Below are positions 7,608-16,255 of a DNA stretch of 64,000 nt, one piece after another. Position numbers and translations under genes: made by a program. Numbering within the stretch: position 1 is the stretch's first letter; each line of letters starts with the position of its first letter. The DNA lies in the NCBI GenBank assembly GCA_041652755.1, contig JBAZGS010000007.1, forward strand, positions 1,687 through 65,686. Reading direction: 5' to 3'. The stretch is from Candidatus Nanoarchaeia archaeon. Its GTDB lineage: Archaea > Nanobdellota > Nanobdellia > Tiddalikarchaeales > Tiddalikarchaeaceae. The notes under the pieces were generated by a model, which had not been told where the DNA came from, did no database searches, and worked only from the letters and a program-made list of their open reading frames with translations.

Positions 7608-8282
7608 ATGAATTGGTACCCTGAAAATAAGGCTGAATTAAGCGAAATGGTTTTTTCCTTCATTTCTGAGATTAAATTAAAAAAAATTAACGGAGTCATT
7701 GTGCCTCATGCAGGCTACGAGTTCTCAGGCAAGATTGCTGGAAAGGCTTATTCTTACGCCAAAGGTTTCGAGCAGGCTGTTGTTTTCGGCCCAAGCCATT
7801 ATGAATATTTTAAGGGAGTGAAATGCTTGAAAGCTGCAAAAACTCCGATTGGTGATTTAAAGATTATTGGAAATGATTTTAAGAAAATTAACTACGAGCA
7901 CTCTGTGCAAAACCAGCTGCCTTTTCTGAAGTTTTTGGGAATAAAAAAGGTTTTGCCTTTGGTTGTTGGAGAAATTACTCAAAGTGAGGCCAAAAAAATT
8001 GCAGAGCAATTCAAAGACTTTAAGGGCTTATTCGTTTTCTCGACTGATTTGTCGCATTTTTTTGAATATGATAAAGCCAAAAAAATTGACACTGATTCTA
8101 TTGATAAAATAATAGAATTAGATTCAAATAAAATTGATGCCTGCGGAATCAATGCGCTCAAAATATTTTTTGAGCTTGCTAAAATTAAAGAAGTTAAGCC
8201 AGAATTGGTTGAATACAAAAACTCCGGAGATATTACAATAGACAAATCCTCAGTTGTGGGTTATGCTAGCTTCATTTTTTGA
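7608..8282 (+). CDS. amrB: MEMO1-family protein (AmmeMemoRadiSam system protein B)
   Basis: VPHAGYEFSG, GPSH, TDLSH, CG motifs of the Memo family. Divergent from amrS. Confidence 0.8.
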   Translation: MNWYPENKAELSEMVFSFISEIKLKKINGVIVPHAGYEFSGKIAGKAYSYAKGFEQAVVFGPSHYEYFKGVKCLKAAKTPIGDLKIIGNDFKKINYEHSVQNQLPFLKFLGIKKVLPLVVGEITQSEAKKIAEQFKDFKGLFVFSTDLSHFFEYDKAKKIDTDSIDKIIELDSNKIDACGINALKIFFELAKIKEVKPELVEYKNSGDITIDKSSVVGYASFIF

Positions 8283-8619
8283 TTTCTATTCTATCCCCTT
8301 TTTTTATCTTGAATCTTGAATTAATGGGGAATTCGTAAACTCTTTTTTGGCCTATGCTTGGTGGGAAGAATTTGCTTTTTTTGCACTTTATTACTTTCAA
8401 AACTTTGCCGTTTTTGTCAGTCCATGCAGCAATGAATTCAAAATTCACAAAATAAGAGTCAAGCACTGAATCAGGAGCCATGTAAATTATAAAAGCATCA
8501 TAGGGCTTGAATGATTTCCTGAACCTTAAGCCAAACAAGCTTTTTAGGTATTGGCAGTCGCAGACGTTTTTCGCAATCACTTTGTTGTTTAGAAGGATTT
8601 CCATAAAGGTTTGAATCAA
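8272..8619 (-). CDS. DUF192-like protein
   Basis: LFGLRFRKS, FIAAWTDKNGKV and YEFP..GDRIE resemble the DUF192 pattern (GLM.R .. lDi.f.d..g.v .. vLE...G). Confidence 0.45.
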   Translation of the reverse strand: MIQTFMEILLNNKVIAKNVCDCQYLKSLFGLRFRKSFKPYDAFIIYMAPDSVLDSYFVNFEFIAAWTDKNGKVLKVIKCKKSKFFPPSIGQKRVYEFPINSRFKIKKGDRIEIKK

Positions 8620-8691
8620 AGAGGCTTTTTATAAGTTTTTTTTATTGCCAATTCAAAAGATTTAAATAAGAATTATTTTAATGATTAAGAT

Positions 8692-9207
8692 ATGCTTATG
8701 TCTGTCTTTGGTAACTCCCCTAAGAATCATCATCAAATTCTTGAATTCTTAAAGCCTATGCCTGAAACTTCGCTTATTCGGGTGGATAATCATGAGGATT
8801 TAATAAAGTCCAGTTTTGGGTATTCTTTGCCTTGCGCAAGGTACATGAATGTCGTGTTTCAAAAGCAGTATTTTGATAATGTTTTTTGGATTAGCAAAAA
8901 CTTTGATTATAAAGTAAGGAGCTATGAAAATAATGGTTCTTTTTTAGGGGATTATCATTTCAATGAATTAGACAAGGCTTTAAATTTTTTAAGCAATGCA
9001 TCTTTTGAAAAAATAGTGCTTGACATTGACCCTGACATCCTTGCTGATTATGATACTGGCTTTTCAAAAGGTTCGATGAAAAACGCTGAGCTTACGGAGT
9101 TAATAAAACATTTTGACTGCAAAAAAAATATTCAACTTTTCTTCCTTGCAGGCCCTAAGGAATTCTTAGGCGAATTATTGAAAGATGCTTTTTATTGCAT
9201 TCAGTAA
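8692..9207 (+). CDS. Hypothetical protein, weak UPF0489/arginase-deacetylase-fold-like motifs
   Basis: LIRVDNHEDL and IVLDIDPDIL resemble the hFDsHpDl / LDIDLDfF motifs. Otherwise unassigned. Confidence 0.3.
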   Translation: MLMSVFGNSPKNHHQILEFLKPMPETSLIRVDNHEDLIKSSFGYSLPCARYMNVVFQKQYFDNVFWISKNFDYKVRSYENNGSFLGDYHFNELDKALNFLSNASFEKIVLDIDPDILADYDTGFSKGSMKNAELTELIKHFDCKKNIQLFFLAGPKEFLGELLKDAFYCIQ

Positions 9208-9762
9208 AAATTGTATTCCAACAGCAAGCATTAAAAGCCCTGTTATTTTGATGTTTAAATAATGAAGGTTCTCGTTTTTTGAATTGCTAGATAAGAATTT
9301 GTATGAAAAAATCATGAATAAATAATTGATGAGTATTGCTATAATTCCAATAATTAAGGAGTACAGAAATGTTGAATAAGAGCTTATTAAAGTTATTATG
9401 CTTATGCTTGCCGGACCAACAATAAGGGGCATTCCCACACTTAAGTAAAGAATGCTTTTGCTTTTATCTGTAATGTCAAAAATTTCTTCTTTGAATAAAT
9501 AATTTATTCCAAAAATGGATAAGCTTAATCCACAGGCCATTATTAATGCGTTATCACTAACCCCCAAAATTGTCTTAAAAACAAAAGGCCCGATTAGTGC
9601 AAATACAAGTATTAATATTAAACCTATTAAGTTGCTGTAATTTATTACATCCCTTATTTTTTTTTTATCTTTTATTTGCCTGGATAATTGGCTTGATAAT
9701 AAGGCTTTACTAAACGGGTTAAGCGCAACTATTAATATTATTAAATCTGTCAAAAAACTCAT
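9175..9762 (-). CDS. MarC-family (UPF0056) integral membrane protein
   Basis: About 6 TM segments, N-terminal ALNPFS motif, size ~195 aa. Confidence 0.55.
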   Translation of the reverse strand: MSFLTDLIILIVALNPFSKALLSSQLSRQIKDKKKIRDVINYSNLIGLILILVFALIGPFVFKTILGVSDNALIMACGLSLSIFGINYLFKEEIFDITDKSKSILYLSVGMPLIVGPASISIITLISSYSTFLYSLIIGIIAILINYLFMIFSYKFLSSNSKNENLHYLNIKITGLLMLAVGIQFLLNAIKSIFQ

Positions 9763-9787
9763 TATCTTTTATTATTTTGCTCTAATA

Positions 9788-10582
9788 TTATAAAATTTCT
9801 GATTTTAATTCATCCAAGAATTTTTGGATGAATTCCAACTCATCATGTTCCATTATTTTTGAAACCAGAGTATTTTGCGAAGCAAAGGGCTCTTTAATAT
9901 CATAGGGTTTTAGGTCAGAATTCTTCCTTATGAGCTCTATTAATAATGTTGCTTGCTTTAAAGAATTATTAGTTAATTCATCATTAACTCTTTCTAAGAA
10001 TTTAAGCATGAATTCATGCCTTTTGGCGGCTTCTTTTTTTAGCAAAGGCACAGTTATTTCATCCTTTAATTTTAGCAGCTTAAAAAAGAAATGGTCTAAG
10101 CTGTAAGTATAATCATCTATTTCTCTATTCTTTGCCAAAGGGTCTTTCAAGTGATAGGGTTTTTTTAAAACATTATGGCTTGTTGTTCTTATTATTCCTA
10201 TTGCCCCTGTTGCATCTAGCCTATCAGCTTCCTGAAGAATTCTTGCCTCAAGGGTTTTTGGAATTATTCCTTTGCTGTGCCTGTGATTTTCTATGCAATA
10301 AACTATTTTTTCAATTTTGTCAGCATTAAAATTTATTGACTCCAAATATTTTTTAGCCCATTTTGCTCCAATGCTTGCATGGCATTCTCCTGTTTTAGAC
10401 TCATTGTCCCTTGCAATGTCATGCAAAAGAGCTGAGGTTAGTAACACTTCAGTGTCAATTTTATTAAGTGATTGCTTGGAGATTTTTGAGCATAAGTTGT
10501 AAACCCTTAAAACATGATCAAATGAGTGCCCTGAATGATTCATAAAAGATTCTGCATAATTTTGTATCTCATTTAAATCCAT
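9788..10582 (-). CDS. HD-domain metal-dependent phosphohydrolase
   Basis: H..DHVLRV ... LLHDIARD ... ENHRH ... EADRLDA motifs. Confidence 0.8.
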   Translation of the reverse strand: MDLNEIQNYAESFMNHSGHSFDHVLRVYNLCSKISKQSLNKIDTEVLLTSALLHDIARDNESKTGECHASIGAKWAKKYLESINFNADKIEKIVYCIENHRHSKGIIPKTLEARILQEADRLDATGAIGIIRTTSHNVLKKPYHLKDPLAKNREIDDYTYSLDHFFFKLLKLKDEITVPLLKKEAAKRHEFMLKFLERVNDELTNNSLKQATLLIELIRKNSDLKPYDIKEPFASQNTLVSKIMEHDELEFIQKFLDELKSEIL

Positions 10583-10635
10583 ATTTTAGTCTAAAAGCAA
10601 GTATTTTATAATCCTTTTTAAAAATAATCGCAATA

Positions 10636-10663
10636 TTTTTAAATTAATCACTGTTTTTTAAGT
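10636..10663 (+). promoter_or_regulatory. Promoter of the S13 operon (TATA plus conserved downstream element)
   Basis: tttttaaattaatcactgttttttaagt ends 8 nt before the ATG. A near-identical copy sits at 25721-25747. Confidence 0.5.
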
Positions 10664-10671
10664 TAATTAAC

Positions 10672-11208
10672 ATGAAAGCGGAAAAGAACAGTAAACAAGA
10701 GAAAGGCAAAGAGAGTACTCATAATAAACCTGAAAAGCCTGCTTATGTAGCAAAACCTGACCTTGTTAATACTGTTATTGTGCGTATTGCAAGCACTGAT
10801 ATAAAAGGAAATAAAAAAGCAGTTAAAGGATTATGTACAATTAGGGGAATTGGCGATATGTTCAGTAATGCTATTTTAAATATTGCTGGAATCAGTTCAA
10901 AAAAAACTATTGGAGAATTATCTGAAAGCGAAGTCAAAAAAATTGAAGACATACTTAAAACTCCTGAGAATTATAATATGCCTGATTTTTTATTTAACAG
11001 AAAACTTGACCCTGAAACAATGAAAGATGGCCACATTGTTGGAAATGACTTAAGGCTTATGAATGATTTTGACATTAGAAGACTAAAGCGTATAAGATCT
11101 TATAAGGGAATAAGGCATAATTTAGGATTAAAAGTTAGAGGGCAAAGGATTAAGAGATTCAGAAAAGGCGGAGCAGCTGTTGCCAAAAAGAAAGTGAAGT
11201 TGAAGTAA
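10672..11208 (+). CDS. rps13: 30S ribosomal protein S13 (uS13) with Lys/Glu-rich N-terminal extension
   Basis: IVRIASTDIKGNK..IRGIG..LKRIRSYKGIRH..GLKVRGQR. Confidence 0.9.
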   Translation: MKAEKNSKQEKGKESTHNKPEKPAYVAKPDLVNTVIVRIASTDIKGNKKAVKGLCTIRGIGDMFSNAILNIAGISSKKTIGELSESEVKKIEDILKTPENYNMPDFLFNRKLDPETMKDGHIVGNDLRLMNDFDIRRLKRIRSYKGIRHNLGLKVRGQRIKRFRKGGAAVAKKKVKLK

Positions 11209-11209
11209 T

Positions 11210-11848
11210 ATGGGAGATATTAAAAAATTAAAAAAATCATATGAAAGGCCAAAGAAGCCTTGGGAAAAGGATAGGATTTTACAGGAGAAGGAGCTTAAAA
11301 AAAAATACGGTTATTTTAGCAAAAAAGAAATCTGGGGATTTAACGCTTTGCTTAGAGGTTTCAGGCAGCAAGCTAGAAAGATTTTCGCATCAACATCTGA
11401 ACAAAGCAAGAAAGAAGGAGAGAATTTGCTTAAAAAAATCTATAATATGGGATTACTTGAAGAGAAAGCAACTTTTGATGATGTATTAGGACTTAGCATT
11501 GATGATATTAGCAAAAGAAGGCTTGTAAGCTTTGTTGTTAATAAGGGCATTGCTAGAACTCCTAAGCAAGCAAGACAATTCATTGTTCATAAGCACATCT
11601 TGGTTAATGGCAAAAAAGTTAATGCCCCAAATTATCTTGTTTTAAGAAAAGAAGAAAATAGTATTGAATTCGCGGATAATAGTGTATTAAAAGACCCTAA
11701 GCATCCTTTAATTACTGCAATGGCTAGCATTTCAAGAGATGTTAAATTAGAGAAAGAGGAACAAATTGTTAAAAAATTAAAAGAAGACTCTAAGAAAGAT
11801 ATTAAAGTGGAAAAAGCTACAAAGAAACCCATTGAGGTGAAGGAATAA
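11210..11848 (+). CDS. rps4: 30S ribosomal protein S4 (uS4) with Lys/Glu-rich C-terminal extension
   Basis: YERPKKPW..R...E..L...YG; S4 domain RRLVSFVV..ARQFIVHKHILVNGKKVN.PNY.V. Confidence 0.9.
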   Translation: MGDIKKLKKSYERPKKPWEKDRILQEKELKKKYGYFSKKEIWGFNALLRGFRQQARKIFASTSEQSKKEGENLLKKIYNMGLLEEKATFDDVLGLSIDDISKRRLVSFVVNKGIARTPKQARQFIVHKHILVNGKKVNAPNYLVLRKEENSIEFADNSVLKDPKHPLITAMASISRDVKLEKEEQIVKKLKEDSKKDIKVEKATKKPIEVKE

Positions 11849-12244
11849 ATGGCTGAAAAAATAAGGTACGGTGTTGCGCATATTTATTCAAGTTATAATA
11901 ATACTTTAATTCATGTTACTGATATTACTGGCTCTGAAACTTTAAGCTTCAGAAGCGGCGGAAGAGTTGTTAAGCAAGGAAGGCAAGAAGGAAGCCCTAA
12001 TGCTGCCATGATGATGGCTAAGGATATGTCAGAAGAGTTAATAAATAAAGGCATTAATGCTTTGCATATTAAAATAAGAGCTCCAGGAGGCCATAATGGC
12101 CCTAATAATCCAGGAAAAGGCGCTCAGGCAGCTTTAAGGGCTTTTTCAAGAGCAGGCATTAAAATTGGCAATATTGAAGATGTTACTCCTAAACCTCATG
12201 ATGGTTGCAGAAAAAAAGGAGGGAAAAAAGGAAGAAGATTATGA
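11849..12244 (+). CDS. rps11: 30S ribosomal protein S11 (uS11)
   Basis: [21 protein letters not shown]...[14 protein letters not shown]...[28 protein letters not shown]. Confidence 0.95.
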   Translation: MAEKIRYGVAHIYSSYNNTLIHVTDITGSETLSFRSGGRVVKQGRQEGSPNAAMMMAKDMSEELINKGINALHIKIRAPGGHNGPNNPGKGAQAALRAFSRAGIKIGNIEDVTPKPHDGCRKKGGKKGRRL

Positions 12245-12999
12245 AAGCTAAAATTTTAAAGGAAAATGATGAAAAATTAGTAATTAATCTTTCAAAGATT
12301 GATTTCGAAACTGCTAACAGCATTAGAAGGGCTTGCATGAACATGGTTCCTACTATTGCAATTGAAGATGTTGAAATCACTGAAAATAATTCTGCATTAT
12401 ATGATGAAATCTTGGCACATAGACTTGGGCTTATTCCTTTAAAGACTGATTTAAAGACTTATGTCAAGTCTGAAGATTGCAAGTGCAAAGGTGCTGGTTG
12501 CGCTAGGTGCACTGTTGAATTCACATTAGTTAAAAAAGGCCCATGCACTGTTTATGCTAAAGACTTACTTTCATCTGATAACAAGGTTGTTCCTGTTTTT
12601 CCTGAGATGATTATTGACAAATTATTTGAGAATCAGGAGATTAAGCTTATTGCAAAGGCTAAGCTGAACAATGCTGATTACCATATTAAGCACTCTGCTT
12701 GCAATGCATTCTATAAATTCGAGCCAATTGTTGAAGTCTTAGCTAAATCTAAAGAATTAGACAATATTTGCCCTAAAAAAGTTTTCAAAAACGGCGAAGT
12801 TGATTCTGAAAAAATAATGGACTGCAATTTATGCTTGGCTTGCTCTGACGCATTCCCTAAAAATGTTAAAGTCTCCAGCGGAAAAGACATTATTTTCACT
12901 GTTGAATCATTCGGGCAGCTAAATCCTAAGGAAATCTTCAACACTGCTTTGAAAGAGTTATCTAATGGCTTGGAAGAAATAAAGAAATCTTTAAAATAA
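12241..12999 (+). CDS. rpoD: DNA-directed RNA polymerase subunit D (Rpo3) with Fe-S cluster domain
   Basis: [21 protein letters not shown]...[11 protein letters not shown] plus CP...CxxCxxC. ATGA overlap with the S11 stop favours the start at 12241, not the TTG at 12205. Confidence 0.9.
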   Translation: MKAKILKENDEKLVINLSKIDFETANSIRRACMNMVPTIAIEDVEITENNSALYDEILAHRLGLIPLKTDLKTYVKSEDCKCKGAGCARCTVEFTLVKKGPCTVYAKDLLSSDNKVVPVFPEMIIDKLFENQEIKLIAKAKLNNADYHIKHSACNAFYKFEPIVEVLAKSKELDNICPKKVFKNGEVDSEKIMDCNLCLACSDAFPKNVKVSSGKDIIFTVESFGQLNPKEIFNTALKELSNGLEEIKKSLK

Positions 13000-13020
13000 C
13001 ATTAATTTATTGTTTTTGCC

Positions 13021-13764
13021 ATGCAAAGGTTACAAAGAGACAATTGTTTAATCAAAAATATTGAAGATTCTGGAACTATTGAAAACTTGGTTAAAGCCCC
13101 TTTGGCTGAAAGATGGAAAGAGTTTTTTAATTTAAATTTTCAAATAAATTTTTTGGACTCGCCTAGCCAATCATATATTTTGAACTATTTTGACAAAAAA
13201 ATCAACTTAGACTTGTGCAAATATTTTAAGATTAATGAAGAATATGAAATCTCGTGCGATTTAGGCAAGGAAACTCAAAGCCTTTGCAATGGATTAAACT
13301 ACAAAACATGCAGCTGGTATAATTACCAATTTTTAGTAAAAAAATTAAGCAATGAATTGAATCCTCAAGAGCTGGAGTTATTTTATAAATTTTGGATTAC
13401 TGGCATTGGATTAAGATATACAAAGAAAAGGATTGAAGAGCACTTAGCCAAGCATTTAAACGAGAATAATATTTTCAGCAAAGATTGGTTCATTAGCGCT
13501 GATAATTTGAAAGATATTTATTTAAAAGTTCCTGGCGCTGATTTGGAGTCTGATTTGATAAAAAAATATGAAGCAATGCTAAATAATAACTCCTTTGATT
13601 TAGTGGATAAGCTTGAAAAATTGCTTAGGCATTACATTAAGCATTTTGATATTTCAACCCCTGTTCCATTAAAAGGCGCTAAAGAGTTCAGGGAATTGGT
13701 TAAAACTAAGGATTTTGATGTAATCTTGTTTAATGGAGTTTCATTGAAACCTTTTGATTTCTAA
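13021..13764 (+). CDS. Hypothetical protein
   Basis: 247-aa ORF 21 nt after rpoD. No recognisable motif. Confidence 0.45.
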   Translation: MQRLQRDNCLIKNIEDSGTIENLVKAPLAERWKEFFNLNFQINFLDSPSQSYILNYFDKKINLDLCKYFKINEEYEISCDLGKETQSLCNGLNYKTCSWYNYQFLVKKLSNELNPQELELFYKFWITGIGLRYTKKRIEEHLAKHLNENNIFSKDWFISADNLKDIYLKVPGADLESDLIKKYEAMLNNNSFDLVDKLEKLLRHYIKHFDISTPVPLKGAKEFRELVKTKDFDVILFNGVSLKPFDF

Positions 13765-13779
13765 AACTTTTTAAAATAA
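13764..13779 (+). promoter_or_regulatory. TATA-like box for tRNA-Leu
   Basis: aaactttttaaaataa lies ~35-40 nt upstream of the tRNA 5' end. Confidence 0.35.
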
Positions 13780-13812
13780 TAGATTTCAATTAATAACTAG
13801 TCTATCTTTAAT

Positions 13813-13898
13813 GTGGGGGTGGCAGAGTCTGGTCAAACGCGCAGGACTTAAGATCCTGTAGGTTAGTCCTTGCGAGGGTTCAAATCCCTTCCCCCACA
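13813..13898 (+). tRNA. tRNA-Leu (anticodon UAA), long variable arm
   Basis: Acceptor GUGGGGG/CCCCCAC plus A. Anticodon stem CAGGA/UCCUG with loop CUUAAGA. Long variable arm. T arm GAGGG-UUCAAAU-CCCUU. Confidence 0.9.
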
Positions 13899-13927
13899 CA
13901 CAATTTCATTTTTTAGAAAGTATTTTT

Positions 13928-14469
13928 TCAATTTTTTTGATTTTTTCTTTTACTTTTCTCAGGTTCATTAAGATGATTTTCAGTGCTTGAAACATTCTCA
14001 TTACTTCTTTGTTCTAATTCTTTTTTTGCAACTCCTGCAACTTCCCCTCCTTGAACAGCTGCGTCTTTGTTTTGATTGAATCCTTGAGCATCCTTGTTTC
14101 TTGCTATTCTTGTTGTTGATGCTTCTCCAAGCATTGTAAATATTAGTTCCAAATCATTCATGTGGTCTCTCAAATTTTCACGACTTAAGCCTTTGAACTT
14201 AATATTCCTTTCGTGCTGGCACAGTTCATTCCTTGTTTTCCTCCTTTTGTTTGAACTTCAAGGGTAGTGGCAATTTGCCCCCACCCTTCAGATAATACTT
14301 CATCACGCCTTCTCATATCCTTAATATAACCTTTAGGATCCTTGGAATCAGTCAAAACAGATATTACATCCTCTATTACAAACCACCATTCATCATTAAA
14401 CCATGTTCTTCTAATATTTTTGTCCTCAAAAACAACTAAAGCATTATCACTATCCATAATAAGAATCAA
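13928..14469 (-). pseudogene. Disrupted Bro-N / DinD-like (DNA-damage-inducible protein D family) gene
   Basis: The N-terminal ORF (14185-14469) has a Bro-N-like core (VFEDKNIRRTWFNDEWWFVIEDVISVLTDSKDPKGYIKDMRRR). The C-terminal ORF (13928-14173) in another frame reads KFKGLSRENLRDHMNDLELIFTMLGEASTT..GGEVAG..ELE, like DinD C-termini. The middle of the family is missing. Confidence 0.65.
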
Positions 14470-14500
14470 ATAATTATAGATTAATAAAGTTATGATATTA

Positions 14501-14536
14501 GTTCCTTAAATCCCTTTTCCCTCCCCCACACTCAAT
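14501..14536 (+). repeat. Degenerate direct copy of the tRNA-Leu 3' end (att-like)
   Basis: gttccttaaatcccttttccctcccccacactcaat vs tRNA gttcaaatcccttcccccacacacaat (13878-13904). Blocks gttc / aaatccctt / cccccacac / caat are shared. Confidence 0.5.
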
Positions 14537-14593
14537 ATTAAGGTTCTGTTTACAACCATTTATATTTTTAAATTATTAATTTAATGTATTATT

Positions 14594-15115
14594 ATGAACA
14601 TAATACTTAAAAATAAAGATTCCATTTTAAGACCTTTGAAAGTTAGTGATGCAAAAAGCACTTGCAAGTATATTAAAGGTAATAAAAAATATTTCAAGTA
14701 TTCTACTACTATGAGATTTCCTCATCCAATTAGCATGGAAAAAAAATTTATTCAAAACACGATTAAAAATTGGAAAACAGGAGAAGGTTATGAATTTGGG
14801 ATTATTGTTAATGGTGAAGTTATTGGTTGTATTGGACTACATGTTAATAAAAAAGACAATAATGCTGAACTTGGTTATTGGTTAGCAAAAGAATTTAGTG
14901 GAAAAGGAATTACAACAAATGCTGTGAAAAAAGTTATTAAATTTGGATTTAATAAAATAAAATTGAAAAGAATTTATGCGTATGTTATTAAAGGAAATAT
15001 TCCTTCAATTAAAATATTAACAAAATCCGGATTTAAAGAAGAAGGTTTACTAAAAAAACATAAGAAGTTAAGAAAAAAATATTACGATTACTATATTTTT
15101 GGAAAAACAAAATAA
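14594..15115 (+). CDS. GNAT-family N-acetyltransferase (RimJ/RimL-like)
   Basis: LRPL...D..GCIGL....NN.AELGYWL...FSGKGITT.AVK..I.FGF....L.RIYA.V...N..S.K.L.K.GF..EG. Confidence 0.8.
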   Translation: MNIILKNKDSILRPLKVSDAKSTCKYIKGNKKYFKYSTTMRFPHPISMEKKFIQNTIKNWKTGEGYEFGIIVNGEVIGCIGLHVNKKDNNAELGYWLAKEFSGKGITTNAVKKVIKFGFNKIKLKRIYAYVIKGNIPSIKILTKSGFKEEGLLKKHKKLRKKYYDYYIFGKTK

Positions 15116-15198
15116 AAAAGAAAATGTTGTTATAACTCACCATAATCGTAACCTTTGGTTAAAGGCGCTTACCCCACAATCAATTTTTTGCCTAATCT

Positions 15199-15591
15199 TT
15201 ATAATTTTTTGAAAAAATATGCTTCATTTTTTGTTTCAAATGAATTCTTAGTTGCTATCTTAGAGCCTTGAGTGTTGGCATTGGAGGTTGTTATCAGTTT
15301 TATGCCCTTGTTTTTGCATTCAGTTTCAACTAATTTTATAAGGTAAGAGCCTAACCCTTTTTTTCTATACTGGTCTTTAACAACCAAATCATTTATGATT
15401 GCAGTAGTTTCGTTTATGCAGTAAGTGATTCCTGCAATTAATTCATCACTATTAAATATTTCAATAAAATCATATTTTCCCATGAATAAAGGATTAAATC
15501 CTCCTGAGCAATAGCATGGAATGTTTTTTTTTATTAAAGAAATAAGGGTAGGCTCAGTGCTTTTCCTTAAGAATTTTACAGCATATTCCAT
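15199..15591 (-). CDS. GNAT-family N-acetyltransferase (small)
   Basis: Acetyl-CoA motif VVKDQYRKKGLGSYLI. Confidence 0.7.
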   Translation of the reverse strand: MEYAVKFLRKSTEPTLISLIKKNIPCYCSGGFNPLFMGKYDFIEIFNSDELIAGITYCINETTAIINDLVVKDQYRKKGLGSYLIKLVETECKNKGIKLITTSNANTQGSKIATKNSFETKNEAYFFKKL

Positions 15592-15720
15592 ATTAAAGGC
15601 TATAAAAAAAATCTTTTTAAAAACATTGCTAGTGTTGATTTTTTTAATAATGCTTTCTTAGTTATTCATATAAATTAAGGAAAGCAAGTTTTTTATAAAA
15701 TCTTCAGTTTATATTGGTTA

Positions 15721-16209
15721 ATGATTATTAGGAAAGCGCGCATGGATGAGGCAAAAACTATTGTGGATTTTAGTTTTGATAATTTTTATCAGTACCTTAT
15801 GGATAAATGGGCTATTAAAAACAAGTTTATTGCTGATACTATTGCTTATAATAATCCTGAACAAGCAAGGAAAAGCAAAATTTCTGAATATAAAAAATAT
15901 ATAAAAAATTGTTTGTTCTTTGTTGCTGAAGAAAAAAAGGAATTAATAGGATATGTTATAGGTTCGATCAATATCAGAAAAGACAGAGTAATTAAAAAAG
16001 AAGGTGTACTCATGGGAATACATGTCAAAGAAGGATGGAGAAGAAAAGGGATAGCTACAAAATTATTTAACCATTTAAAAAAAGAATTTAATAAAAAAGG
16101 CGTTGGATTTATTAGGCTTGGAACTGGAACTGTTAATAATGGAGCCATAAGATTATATAAAAAATTAGGGTTTGTAGAAACTGGGAAGAAAATGATAAAA
16201 AAGTTATAA
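15721..16209 (+). CDS. GNAT-family N-acetyltransferase
   Basis: IHVKEGWRRKGIATKLF..A..LYKKLGF. Confidence 0.75.
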   Translation: MIIRKARMDEAKTIVDFSFDNFYQYLMDKWAIKNKFIADTIAYNNPEQARKSKISEYKKYIKNCLFFVAEEKKELIGYVIGSINIRKDRVIKKEGVLMGIHVKEGWRRKGIATKLFNHLKKEFNKKGVGFIRLGTGTVNNGAIRLYKKLGFVETGKKMIKKL

Positions 16210-16255
16210 ATAATTGATTCCGCTTGCACCCAATTCTATTTTATATCCTTAACCA

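Noticed and set aside
12205-12240. Upstream TTG start for rpoD given by the ORF track ([12 protein letters not shown]...)
   Set aside because: The extension lies inside the S11 coding region and is Lys/Arg junk. The ATG at 12241 forms the typical ATGA stop-start overlap, and the protein then begins with the conserved RpoD N-terminus.
15171-15188. Third att-like echo of the tRNA-Leu flank (ccccacaatcaatttttt)
   Set aside because: Only ~12 matching bases in AT-rich context. It is too weak to call on its own and is mentioned only as a hint in the GNAT finding.
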